A stretch of 64,000 bases of DNA from Candidatus Methanoperedenaceae archaeon (GTDB lineage: Archaea; Halobacteriota; Methanosarcinia; Methanosarcinales; Methanoperedenaceae): NCBI GenBank assembly GCA_963753595.1, contig CAVWCX010000033.1, positions 1 through 64,000 on the forward strand, given 5' to 3'. Positions 20,649-33,729 of this stretch are shown here, one piece after another; the stretch's first letter is position 1; each line of letters begins with the position of its first letter. The notes under the pieces are model-generated. The model saw only the letters and a list, made by a program, of their open reading frames with translations. It was not told the DNA's origin and did not search any database. The translations under genes were made by a program, and so were the position numbers.

Positions 20649-21248
20649 TTTGGTTGTTTTTCTTATTTTGGATTATTCGTGATATTACGAACGTTGCTAG
20701 ATTGAGGATGGGGGATAAATAGTTACCGGTCGTGGATTCTCTTCACCTGAGGATGGGGCGCTCGCCCTGGTTGGGAAAGGAGAAGAGGGCAAAGCTTTTG
20801 AATTCGTTCTTTTTCAGCTCCTTCTTTCAATCATGATGAATGATTTCGAACATAAGTATAATAATTATTATAATCATTATAATATTAAAACGCAGGTTTT
20901 ATATACTATCATCATAAACTAAACGTCAGTATTGGTGGCCATGCTTCATAGGTGCGGGCTGTAAATCAAGGATAGGTGTGGAAAAAAATGGTATTTGATA
21001 ATTACAGTTAGAGAGTGGAAACTTTCTGTACAGCAGTGGAAATTATGTTATGGCGGACGGGGCGCATTAAGTGCGCGCCAAGGTGCAGGTGGTAAAGATA
21101 TGGTAATAGAATTGAATAAAAATTGGTGGATAGATATATCGATTGTAACTGTGGAAGTTATGCTGATGAAAATTTGCTATGGAAGGCTGAATTTAGTGGA
21201 TGATGGCTTAAACTGTGATCAAGCAGATGCGAAGTCAAGGTGAAAAAT

Positions 21249-24200
21249 ATGGTCGCATATACGCAAAAGATATCCATGGGGGCAATTGCCCTGGTATTAA
21301 TCTTATTATCTGCAGTTTCAGGATATGGAGGCATAAATGAGAAAGGCAATTCAAATAATGTATCGAATATTAATATTACTCTCATAACAGGGGATACTGT
21401 TGCAGCTTATAATATTTCAGGTAATGTTACTTATTCTATTTTGCCTGCTAAAACCGGAATGAATAGAACTTACCAGATCATGGTATCTCCTCAAGGCACA
21501 TATTTTATTCCTAATAATGTTGATTTAAAAAAAGTGGATATGGAATTATTCAACGTTGAATATCTCCTTAAAGAAGATTATACAAACCTCAGTTTTATTC
21601 CTGTTATGATGACTTTGGAATCAAATCCTAATGCAAAAAATGGTATTGATGCCCAGGAAATAGCGGGAATAGATAAACATATTAAAATTATCAGCACACA
21701 TAAGAAAATAGGGGTAACTGTAGCGAGACTGGATAAAAAAGATACAGGCCCTGCATTTGACACTCTGCTGGCAAATAAAGACGTTAAGAAAGTCTGGCTT
21801 GATAAAAAGAGACATATTAGCCTGAGTGACAGCGTTCCCATGTTAGGTGCTCCTGTGATCTGGGAGCAGGGATACAACGGCTCGGGTATTAAAATAGCAA
21901 TTCTTGACACAGGAATTGATGCCGCTCATCCGGATCTGAACGATATCGATGATAATCCGCTTACAAATGACCCGAAGGTTATATTCCATAATAATTTTGT
22001 TGACTGGACTTATTCGGATATTAGCGATGACACGATCGCTGATCTATACGGGCATGGAACGCATGTAGCCAGTATAGCTGCAGGCACTGGAGAAGCGTCT
22101 GGCGGCTTATATAAAGGCGTTGCCCCGGGTGCTTATCTCTGGAACCTCAGGGTATTGAATAAATACGGCTCCGGATATGATAGCTGGATAATCGGTGGCA
22201 TAAATTATGCAGCATATGGACCAGATGGAATCCCGCGCACTGGTGATGAGGCAGATATTATCAGCATGAGCCTTGGCGGAGGACCTACGGAGGGAGACGA
22301 TCCGATGTCAATAGCTGTAAACAGTGCAATAGATGCAGGTGTTGTGGTGACAATAGCTGCAGGCAATTGCGGGAATTTCTGCATCTCTACTCCCGGGGCT
22401 GCTGATAAAGTCATAACCGTAGGAGCAACAGATAAGAGTGATTATCTTGCATATTTCAGCAGCACGGGTCCTACTCTGGATTTCAGGGTCAAGCCAGATG
22501 TTGTAGCACCTGGTGTAAATATAGTGGCTGCAAGGGCGAGCGGCACATCCATGGGTAGTCCTTTGAATAGCTATTATACTTCAGAATCCGGAACCAGCAT
22601 GGCTACTCCTCACGTGGCAGGAGCTGCGGCATTGATTCTCCAGAAAGCTAAGGAGAGCATTCCAAACTGGATACTGGAGCCTCCACAGTATTACAATGCA
22701 TTCCCTGCATCTTATAATTGGATAGATGGAATCACTGGCGGCACGCCAGGTGGAATATATGGTGATGATGTAGCAACAAGCGCAATAGATATCGGTTTCA
22801 ATTTCACGTTTTATGGAAAAAATTACTCCAGGCTTTATTTCAGCACTAACGGTTTAATAACATTCGATAACTCCATTCCATTTTTTAGTAATGTTCCGAT
22901 TCCGAGCCCTATTCAGCCAAATAATTTCATTGCTCCTTTCTGGGATGACCTGAATGTGGTAAATGGTACAGGGAATACATATTATAAGTTAGATGCTTCC
23001 TCTAATCCGAAGAAATTCATCATAACATGGAAGGATATTTACAGATTAGGTTATTCCAATCCAGTAACCTTCCAGGCTGTGCTTTTCAGCAACGGCAGCT
23101 TCCTGTTCCAGTACAAGAATATTTCAAATATCGGATATTTTGACCAGACGATTGGAGCAGAGAATACGGATGGGGGCGAAGGAATTCAATATGGATATGC
23201 TTCTCCAGTCGCTAATCTTAGCGCAGTCATGTTCACACCAAAAATCTCAGGTTTGGGCAAGCCCAATTATGTTAAAAATGCACTTATTTCTACTGCTAAG
23301 GATTTAAGCCTCAGCGTGTACGAGCAAGGGGGTGGCAGAGTCCGGATACCCAATGCAACCAGAGCGCGGATAATAGCAGACCCTGCATCGGTAAGCTTCA
23401 AAATTATTACAGGTATCAATACAACTGTAATAACGTTCTATAACCTGAATACAACTTCTTCAAGGACACTGAATTTAGATGAGGTTGTAAGGGATTCATC
23501 GGGAAATATTGTTAATGCAGCTTCTCTTAACACCAGCTTTTTGATTATTGCGCCAAATTCCACAGCTTCTGTTATACTTACAGTTGATGCAACAAGTATT
23601 CCTAAATCCACGTACTCAGGCAAGTTAACTGCCATAGCTGATAATGGTGAAGAAGTTGGTGTGATTTTTGGCTTTGCAAATTTGAATGAACTCAATATCA
23701 ATAAGATAAAATTCGACGGAACGCCGGCAGCCTACGAATTAGTATGGGTGTATGAGACAAATGCAATATCTCCATATCCATTAAGCAGGTTTGTTTCAAC
23801 GGATTTTAATGGTATGGCTAAGGTATTAGTTCCGGATGGTGAATATAATATCTGGAGCGGGAGTTTTTTCAATGATATATGGATATGGACGACAAAAGAT
23901 GAACTCTCCGTTACAAGCGATACTTCAACAACTCTTGATGAAAGGGATTCTGTACAAGTCAGTTTTGACCCGAATAAACCCGATCAAACATTTGCTGGTC
24001 TGTACAGCATGCTGGATTATTATAGGTATAGCTGGTCATTACTTTATTCGAACCCATCAAACACCACAGTCCGTATTACCCCTACCTCTGTAAACATAGC
24101 CCACTCCTATGAGTATTATCCTGCAGAAGATTATAATTCCTCTGATCCCTCAAGAATAAACACGCCTGAATGGCAGAAATTATACTTCTCTGAACAGGGA

Positions 24201-27179
24201 ATTAGCTCTCCAAAGAATTATATTGCTGACTATTCAAAACTTGTCAGAAGGACTGGAATATACAAGACCGCCCTTATCAATGAATCTGCCGGTAGACATG
24301 AATGGGCAATGAATAAAAGCTATTTAGCCTGCATCTGCTGGGCAATGGGGTGGCAGATGGATTTACCGCAGCAGCGTATTGAGTATATCACACCAGACAC
24401 ATATTACTGGGGAGGCTTAAGTTCACAGAACTGGTCTTTGTCTAATTGGGAATACAGAAGTTATCCACACGCTTCAACTCCAACAGATTTCTGGAATGCA
24501 CAGCCCTTTTCATGGAGTCACACTCTCAACAGAGGGCTCAAATTGGCTTGATTTATATGGCAATGCTTTCATTGATACAGGCAAACACACGTATAGTTCT
24601 TCACCAGTGCCTGGAAATTTTACATTATATCGGAATGGCGAAAAAATATACAACCTTTCGACAAATGGCTACTTCAGTTATTATGCCTTAAGCGAGCCAG
24701 GCACTGCAACCTACTCCGCGGTAATTGAAGGAGCAAGCGGCCAGAACTTGGCAGTACGTTCCAGAACTGTGTTAAACTTTAGCTACACAGGATCAGGTGA
24801 CTACAAACCACCAAAGATATCCTGGCAAATCCCGAAACTTGATATGTCCAATCGGCTTTCAGGCAATAATGTAGAAATTAACCTCTCAGTAGTGGATGAG
24901 AATGAATATGGCTTCGTTAATGGGACACCTGACAACCTCTCAGGTCTTAGTCTGGAATACTCAATAAACGAAGGTGCTACATGGAATACAATAACGCTCA
25001 ACTCACTTGGAAATGGAGAATACAATGCAGCCATTTCAGGTATTCTCATTAATAATTTTGTATCCCTGAGGACGAAAGCAATAGACACCGCTGGAAACAG
25101 TGCCAGCCATGAACTGATAAATGCATTTTTCATAAATGTACCAACAGGATCTGGTATTTATACAGTTGTCTCTCCCAATGGTGGAGAAAACTGGACACGA
25201 GGGACAACTCAAATGATAAACTGGACCTCAACTGGCAATAATAAATCGTATGTAAAGATAGAACTCATCAAAGCAGGAGTAACAAATAAGGTGATCATAG
25301 CTAGCACCCTGAATGACGGTTCGCATCCCTGGTTGATCCCGGTCACCCAGGTACCGGGAACTGACTATAAAATAAAGATCACAAACACTACAAATGCTTC
25401 ACACAATGACACAAGCGATAACACGTTTACTATCCCTGACCCGACCATTACTGTAGTTGATCCTAATGGTTCTGAGAACTGGAGAAGAGGCACAACTCAA
25501 ACAATCAGATGGAATTCAAGTGGCAATCCTGGAACGTATGTGAAGATAGAACTACTGAAACCGGGAGTACCGAATAAGGTGATCATAGCTAGCACATTAA
25601 ATGACGGCTCACAACCATGGCTAATTCCAGCTGCACAAACTCCGGGAAATGACTATAAAGTGAAGATTACGAGCACTATCAACGCTTCTATTAATGATAC
25701 AAGCGATAATCCCTTTACTATCCCTGCCCCATCGTTAACTGTTGTTTCTCCAGATGGAGAAGAGAACTGGAGAAGAGGTACAACTCAAACCATTAAATGG
25801 AATTCCACTGAGAGTCCTGGAACCTATGTGAAGATAGAACTATTGAAACCGGGAGTACCGAATAAGGTGATAGTATATAGCACTCTGAATGATGGCTCTC
25901 ATCCCTGGCTAATTCCAGCGGCACAGTTGCCTGGAGATGATTATAAAGTAAAGATAACAAGCACTATCAACGCTTCAATCAATGACACAAGTGATGATAA
26001 ATTCACTATTCTTGCACCATCCTTAACTGTTGTTTCCCAAATGGTGCGGAGAAATGGAGAAGAGGTACAACTCAAACAATTAAATGGAATTCTACTGAAA
26101 GTCCAGGAACGTATGTGAAGATAGAACTATTGAAACCGGGAGTACCGAATAAGGTGATAATAGCTAGCACATTAAATGACGGCTCACACCCATGGTTGAT
26201 TCCAGCGGCACAGACCCCGGGAAATGACTATAAAGTGAAGATAACGAGCACTATCAACGCTTCAATCAATGACACCAGTGATGATAAATTCACCATTCTT
26301 GCACCCTCCTTAACTGTTGTTTCCCCAAATGGTTCGGAGAAATGGAGAAGAGGTACAACTCAAACAATTAAATGGAATTCTACTGAGAGTCCCGGAACGT
26401 ATGTGAAGATAGAACTATTGAAACCGGGAGTACCGAATAAGGTGATCATAGCTAGCACATTAAATGACGGCTCACAATTATGGTTGATTCCAGCGGCACA
26501 GTTGCCTGGAGATGATTATAAAGTAAAGATAACAAGCAATATCAACGCTTCAATCAATGACACAAGCGATAATCCCTTTACTATCCCTGCCCCATCGTTA
26601 ACTGTTGTTTCTCCAGATGGAGAAGAGAACTGGACAAGAGGCACAACCCAGACCATTAAATGGAATTCCACTGAAAGTCCAGGAACGTATGTGAAGATAG
26701 AACTACTGAAACCGGGAGTACCGAATAAGGTGATCATAGCTAGCACATTAAATGACGGCTCACATCCATGGCTAATTCCAGCGGCACAGTTACCTGGAGA
26801 TGATTATAGAATCAAGATCACAAGCAATATCAACGCTTCTGTAAATGATACGAGCAATAATAATTTCAGCATCGTTCCGCCAAAGATCACTGTTACTTCT
26901 CCCAATGGCGGCGAGAACTGGATAAGAGGAACAACCCATCTAATAACCTGGAATTATACTGGCAATCCAGGAACGTATGTGAAGATCGAATTGCTAAAAG
27001 GTGGAGCGCTTAATAGAAATATCTTCCCAGGCACTCCGAATGATAGGTCACAAAGCTGGACGATTCCAGCAGCACAAGCTCCTGGTGAGGATTATAAGAT
27101 AAGGATCACAAGCACGACGAATGCAGCGTATAATGATACAAGCGATAGTAATTTCACTATCGACCTTCCAATTACATAA
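21249..27179 (+). CDS. Giant secreted S8 (subtilisin-like) serine peptidase with nidogen-like insert and 7 Ig-like repeats (indels at ~24520 and ~26040)
   Basis: Signal peptide; triad ILDTGID / GHGTHVASI / SGTSMATPHVAG; three consecutive ORFs join into one reading path. Confidence 0.88.
25155..27170 (+). repeat. Seven ~291-bp (97-aa) Ig-like domain repeats
   Basis: Unit TVVSPNGxExWxRGTTQTIxW...YVKIELLK...STLNDGSHPWLIP...GxDYKVKITS...DTSDxxFTI. Confidence 0.93.
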
Positions 27180-27329
27180 TAATCTGGAATTATGCAGTGC
27201 TGGAAATATGAGGATAGTATTATTGGAAAATCACAACGAACTAATACAAACTGAAACGGACTCCGGTAGCATGGGTTTGTTTCAGTTCTATTAGTGTTCT
27301 CGTTGTTGAGACTTTGATTTTTCATACCA
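27168..27329 (-). repeat. CGAACT-type palindromic dispersed element, copy 1
   Basis: Shares GGAATTATGCAGT..GAGGATAGTATTATTGGAAAATCACAACGAACT with 33356-33500; reverse strand starts CTGGTATGAAAAA and contains GCTACCGGAGT like 54650-54780. Confidence 0.75.
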
Positions 27330-27708
27330 GACAGCAAAGCTGGAGCGCATTTTAATAACATATTTATGAGCCGATAAGCAGGTACTTTCCAACAAATTCG
27401 AAAAAAAAAGCAACCATAAATTCGATAATTATTATTATCATTTTTATCCTCTATATTAATTAAAAAAGGAAGTTATATATAGTTTAAAATAACCATAAAC
27501 AATGAGATAAGAATTTCCTGCATCATTTGGGTATAAATTATATTAGATAACCGTGTAATAATGGTATCGGATATCTTCCGCGGGGACGAAGCCCTCAGGA
27601 TCGTGGTTGGAATACAGGCGTTGAGACACTGGAGTAATAGCATGACGTTTTCAAGAAATAGTAAGTTAGAAGCATGCTGGATAATAAAGATACCGAAGAG
27701 TGTGTAAT

Positions 27709-30700
27709 ATGAGAATAACAAGTATACTTTTATTTTTAATTTTTATGTTAGTTATGGTAAATGTGTCTGTGGCACAGGATTCCCCTATAATTCCTAATTC
27801 TTCACACATTCCTGTGATGCTGCAGAAAATATCGCAAATGGATGGCTCTGGGGATACGATAACAAATAGACACCCCAATATCTCAATGGGAGAGATTCGC
27901 CCTGGTCGATTGGATAACCTTAGCATGAATAGGAATTTATATTTGTTTAGCTGGGATGATATTCCAGGAAACGATACTGGTAGGCTCATAAAAATTCTTA
28001 AGAGTGGCTTTCGTATTGAGTGGGCAGAAATGGCAATAATTGAAAAAATTGATGGTGGTAAGACTATAAAAGTATCTACTGGAAATAATTCTCTTTCACT
28101 AAAACTAAACGATGAAAAAACTAAGGTAAATCTAACGATCAATGACGGTAGAACCGATGAATTCATTGCGGGGATGAATGATAGCAAGCTCAACATTTAC
28201 AAAAATTTTACGGGAATATCGGCAAAAGCTGGTCTTTTATCAAGAAATGCCAGTATCAATATCGATCAATTACCGCGTGCATACTAGCCGTCAACTGCAA
28301 CAACAACTGTAACCCCAGTCCATAACATCAACAAGAGTAAAAACTACTCGACTATCCAGGCGGCTATTGACAATGCTGCTCCGGGGATGAGATACATGTG
28401 GACAGCGGCATCTATTACGAGAATGTGAACGTGACCAAGAGGCTCATTTTGCGCGGCATTGGTCAGCCTGTGGTGGATGCAAATGGAAGTGGAAATGCGA
28501 TTACGCTTGCTGCGGATGGGATTGTACTTGAAGGATTTACTGCGATCAGGGGTTCCAATGGGATTGAAGTCAGATCAAACAATAACATGCTCAGAGGCAA
28601 CAATGCATCAAGCTACGGGTACGGCGTCGGTATCTCATTGTCTTCTTCAAGTGACAATACTCTTATTGGCAACGTTGCAAACTCTAGAATCTGTGAAGAA
28701 TACTATTGTTGGGGTGGCACAGGCATCTTGTTGACCTCTTCGAGCAACAATAAGTTGATCGGCAACGATGCATCTGACAACGAAAATGGTATCTTATTGG
28801 AAGAGTCCAGCAACAACAACACCCTGATTAATAACAATGCCAACCGGAACTATGCATATGGCCTTTGGGAATGCTTCGGCACGGGTATCTCCTTGTACTC
28901 TTCCAGCAACAATACGCTCAGCGGCAACAATGCAAACTCTAATTGCGAATACGGCATCTCTCTGGCCTCTTCAAGCGACAACATGCTGACCAGCAACAAT
29001 GCAAATGAGAACCGGCAGGGGGGGGATTGGATGGTCGCCATCGGCATCTCTCTGTCCTCTTCCAGTAACAACACACTGATAGGAAATAATGCAAATGAGA
29101 ACTGGGACGTTGGTATCTCTCTTTCCTCTTCCAGCAACAACACATTGATCGGCAATAATGCAAATGAGAACTGTTGGATGTTTGAGGTATGTTTCGGAGT
29201 CGGTATCTACCGGGATCCATACAGCTATTTGAACGGTCCAGGCTTTTCCAGTAATAACATGCTGATGGGCAACAATGCAACAAACAACAACTTCGGCATA
29301 GTTCTGGAATCTTCCAAGCAACAACACGCTCAGTGGCAACAATGCATCGAAAAACGTCTACTACGGCATCTCTCTATCCTCATCCATCAATAATATGCCC
29401 TGAGACAATAATGCAAGCTCAAACAACTATTCCGGAATCTATCTTGGTTTCCAGCAAAAACACCCTGATCGGTAATAATGCAAACTCAAACGAAGCAACG
29501 GCATTTTTCTGTCCTCTTCAAATAACAACACGTTGATTGGTAACACTGCAACCGGGAACTATGCTTACTACGGCGTAAATATAGGCATATATCTATACTC
29601 TTCCAACAACAACACGCTCAACGGCAACGATGCATCGAACAACCAATACGGCATCTCTCTGTCCGCATCCAGCAAAGAGGACGTGTTTATAAACAATATA
29701 ATGAATGTGAATGCCTACAATTTTGTGGGTTAAGGCATGTTCTTATTCTTTTCCAACAACAACAGTGAATGGGCAACCTGTTAATTTAAAGGTCCGGTTA
29801 CGGATACGGTGAATGGCGATTCTGAAAACAGTCAGGCTTCTACGGCAGCTACGGTTACGGTATCCTTTTGTCCTCTTCAAACAACAACATCCTGATCGAC
29901 AACAATGCAAACTCGAACTCCTGATGCTCCGTCTATGATGCCCTCTGGCCAATGCCCGATTTCGGTACGGCATCGGTATCCTTCTGTCCTCTTCAAGCAA
30001 CAACACACTCAGCGGCAACAATGCAAATTCCAACTCCGGCTATGGGCTATGGCTTCATCGATGATTCGCACCATGGCTACGGTTACGGCTAGGTATCTTC
30101 TTCTTCTTCCAACAACAACACACTCAGCGATAACAATGCAAATTCGAACTCCGGCTATGCATCGGGGCTCCCTACACTATGGAAGGTTACGGTATCTCTC
30201 TGTCCTCCTCCAACAACAACACGCTGATCGGAAACAATGCAAACTCGAATTACGGTACGAATTCGGTTGCGATTGCTACGGTATGGCTTCGGCATCTCTC
30301 TGTCCTCATCCAACAACAACATGCTGACTGGTAACAATGCAAACTCGAACTCCGGCTACGGCGAAAACTACTGGTGGGGAGGATACGGCTATGGCTACGG
30401 TATCTCTCTATCCTCTTCCAACAACAACACGCTGAGCGATAACAACGCAAACTCGAACTCCGGCTACGGCTACATATTCGGAAGGATACGGCCATGGCTA
30501 CGGTATCTCTCTGTCTTCTTCCAACAAAAACACGCTGAGCGATAACAATGCAAACTCGAACAACATTGGCATCTTTCTCTCCCCAGCCTACGACTACTGG
30601 AAGGACATCTATCAGGAATCTTCCAGCAAGAACACACTCATCGGCAACAATGTATCAAAACAGCTATGGTATCTCTCTGTCCTCATCCATCAAAAACATG

Positions 30701-33254
30701 CTTAGCGGCAATAATGCAAGCTCGAACAACGACTCCGGAATCAATCGATCCAGAACAACATGTTGATTGGGAACAATAGAACAACAGCTATGGTATCTCC
30801 TGCCTCATCACAAAAAAGCTTACGGTAATAATGCATGAAAACCTGGCATTTGTTCTCTTCCACCATCAATACGCTAATCGGCAACAATGCATCCTCAAAC
30901 AGTCTTGGGATTTTTCTCAATTCTTCCGATTTCAACAACATAATCGGCAACAAGATTTCCAATAGCACTTCTGTAGGGATCAAGGTATATAACACTTCGA
31001 AAAATAATACCATCAGCCCCAATAAAATTACTAATGGCAATTCTGGAATGTTTTTCGTCTATGCGTTTAACACTACGGCTTCTAATAATATCATGGAAAA
31101 CAACACCTTCAACTTTGGAGTGGGCGGCAATCTGCGATCCCATTTTGAAGGTAACAATATCGATACAACAAATCTCGCTAATGGAAGACCCATATATTAT
31201 ATAAAATACGGAAAAAACACGATATATGATGGTTCAACAAAAGCAAGCACATTCTACTGTATTTTATGCAATAACGTAACTGTCAAAGACATGGAAATGT
31301 CCAATATGGACAGGGGAGTATATTTCTGGGAAACAAGCAACTCCTTAATTCAAAATATAAGAGTTATGGAAAGCGGATGGGGGGTCTACCTGAGACTGTC
31401 CACCAATAATACGATTAGGGATAGCAAATTTTCAACCAACAATCTGCAAGATTATTATGAAAGAGGAGTCACGATTTATTCTTCAGATAACAATACTTTG
31501 ACAAATAATACTTTTATTTCAAATAATTATGGAGTGGAGCTTTATTATTCCAGTAAAAACACTATCTATAACAATTATTTCAATAATACCAATAATTTTA
31601 TTTTCACTGGAACAAATGTGAACACCTGGAACACCACTAAAAAACCAGGCACGAACATAATTGGAGGCTCTTATCTTGGAGGAAACTTCTGGGCTAATCC
31701 AGCAGGAAAAGGTTTCAGCCAGACCTGTTCGGATAGTAATATTGATGGATTATGCGATTTAAAATATTCGCTCAATACATCCAATGTCGACAACCTGGCA
31801 CTTAAATACAAATCTGCTCTGGGAATCATAGTCGTCTTCCCCAATGGTGGAGAGAACTGGACACGAGGAACAACTCATATGATTAAGTGGACATCAACTG
31901 GCAGTCCTGGTGCATATGTTAAGATAGAACTCCTGAAAGCAGGAGTCTGGAAAAGTACCATAATTTCAAGCACCCTGAATGACGGCTCCAATCCCTGGCT
32001 GATTCCAGTGACACTAACACCGGGAAATGACTATAAAGTAAAGATCACAAGCACAACAAATGCTGCATACACCGACATCAGCGATAACAACTTCACGATC
32101 CCGGTTCCATCGATCACTGTAGTTTCTCCCAATGCCTCGGAGAAATGGATGCGAGGAACAACTCAAACTATAAAATGGAATTCCAGCGGGAGTCCTAGAT
32201 CATATGTGAAAATAGAACTCCTCAAAGGAGGGAATTTTAGCAGAACGATCATAGCAAGCACACTTAATGACGGTTCACATCCCTGGCCAATCCTGGCGAC
32301 CCAGGCACCGGGAACTGATTATAAGGTGAGGATCACGAGCACGGCTAATATTTCAGTCAGGGACACAAGTGATAACAACTTCACTATCCCTGTTCCATCC
32401 ATCACGGTCAAAAATCCAAATGATGGAGAAATCTGGATCAGGGGCACAACCAGGATCATAAACTGGAGTTCTACTGAAAGTCCTAAATCGTATGTTAAAA
32501 TAGAACTCCTCAAAGGTGGGAATTTTAGCAGAACGATCATAGCAAGCACACTGAATGACGGTTCTCATCCCTGGCCGATCCTGGCGGCCCAGGCACCAGG
32601 AACTGATTATCAGGTGAGGATCACGAGCACGGCTAATATTTCAGTCAAGGACACAAGTGAAAACTTCACTATCCCTGCTCCATCCATCACTGTCAAGAAT
32701 CCAAATGATGGAGAAATCTGGATCAGGGGCACAACCAGGATCATAAACTGGAGTTCTACTGAAAGTCCTAAATCATATGTTAAAATAGAACTCCTCAAAG
32801 GTGGGAATTTTAGCAGAACGATCATAGCAAGCACTCTGAATGATGGATCCATCCCTGGCCAATCCTGGCGACACAGGCACCAGGAACTGATTATCAGGTG
32901 AGGATCACGAGCACTGCTAATATTTCAGTCAAGGACACAAGTGAAAACTTCACTATTCCGGTTCCATCCATGACTGTTACAGCTCCGAATGGAGGAGAGA
33001 ATTGGAGTAGAGGGACAACCCAAACAATTAAATGGAACTCTACTGAAAGTCCTAAATCGTATGTTAAGATAGAGCTCCTGAAGGCAGGTGTCCTGAACAG
33101 GGTGATCATAGCAAGCACCTTGAATGATGGTTCACATCCCTGGCCGATTCCAGCGACACAGCTTCTTGGAAGTGACTATAAGATCAGGATTAACAGCACA
33201 ATCAATCCTGCAATTACGGATTCGGGTGATGACGACTTCATTATCAGCGGTTAA
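27709..33254 (+). CDS. Giant secreted NosD/CASH-type parallel beta-helix protein with 5 C-terminal Ig-like repeats (in-frame TAG at 28285; many indels 29300-30850)
   Basis: Signal peptide, YSTIQAAIDNA..G..I.VDSG.YYENV, many GISLSSSxNNTLxGNNA coils, NTIYNNYFNN, GGNFWANP, CSDSNIDGLCD. Confidence 0.8.
31825..33250 (+). repeat. Five ~290-bp Ig-like repeats of the same family as in the S8 peptidase
   Basis: PNGGENWTRGTT...YVKIELLK...STLNDGSHPW...GTDY units. Confidence 0.92.
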
Positions 33255-33355
33255 GTCCTGGAGAATGCAAAATAGAGGCATGGCTGCCAATTTACATGGT
33301 AGTCATGTTCCCATCACTTTTTTTTTCACGCTTTAAACTCTATCAATTCAGTGCT

Positions 33356-33500
33356 CCAACTGCATAATTATCCGGAATTATGCAGTACTGGAACATATAT
33401 TTGAGGATAGTATTATTGGAAAATCACAACGAACTCAATGCGAACTCACTGGAGTTCGTATCAGTTAGTGCCAGTTCGTTGTTGATTTTGAATAAGCCAG
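33356..33500 (-). repeat. CGAACT-type palindromic dispersed element, copy 2
   Basis: Hairpin CTGCATAATT-ATCCGG-AATTATGCAG plus CAACGAACT...AGTTCGTTG palindrome; direct repeat of 27168-27329. Confidence 0.75.
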
Positions 33501-33507
33501 AACTATC

Positions 33508-33729
33508 CTAAAGCTTATTCTCATCCGCAAACTTAACCAGCGCCTCGCCCAGTGTCCTCACATATTTGGGATTGATATTGAACCTTCCGCGCTTCTGGCC
33601 GCTTCTTTCCTTGGCTATCTCCACATATTCCTTTTCTTCCTCGAATTTATCGCTTTTCTGCATCGAGATAGTCATGAACCAGCCTGAACTCATCTTTATT
33701 TCAGTATAACCTTTATCTTCTTCAGTCAT
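33508..33729 (-). CDS. Small conserved hypothetical protein
   Basis: 73-aa ORF, ATGA-coupled to the upstream DUF126 gene. Confidence 0.75.
   Translation of the reverse strand: MTEEDKGYTEIKMSSGWFMTISMQKSDKFEEEKEYVEIAKERSGQKRGRFNINPKYVRTLGEALVKFADENKL

Noticed and set aside
20700-21240. Riboswitch or small ORFs in the long region upstream of the S8 protease
   Set aside because: Only one short hairpin (GCGCATTAAGTGCGC) and AT-rich dyads; no recognisable aptamer, and the ORFs lack coding features
28600-30850. Diversity-generating retroelement target in the AAC-rich beta-helix
   Set aside because: No reverse transcriptase or template/variable repeat pair in the window; differences between coils include length changes and are not confined to adenines
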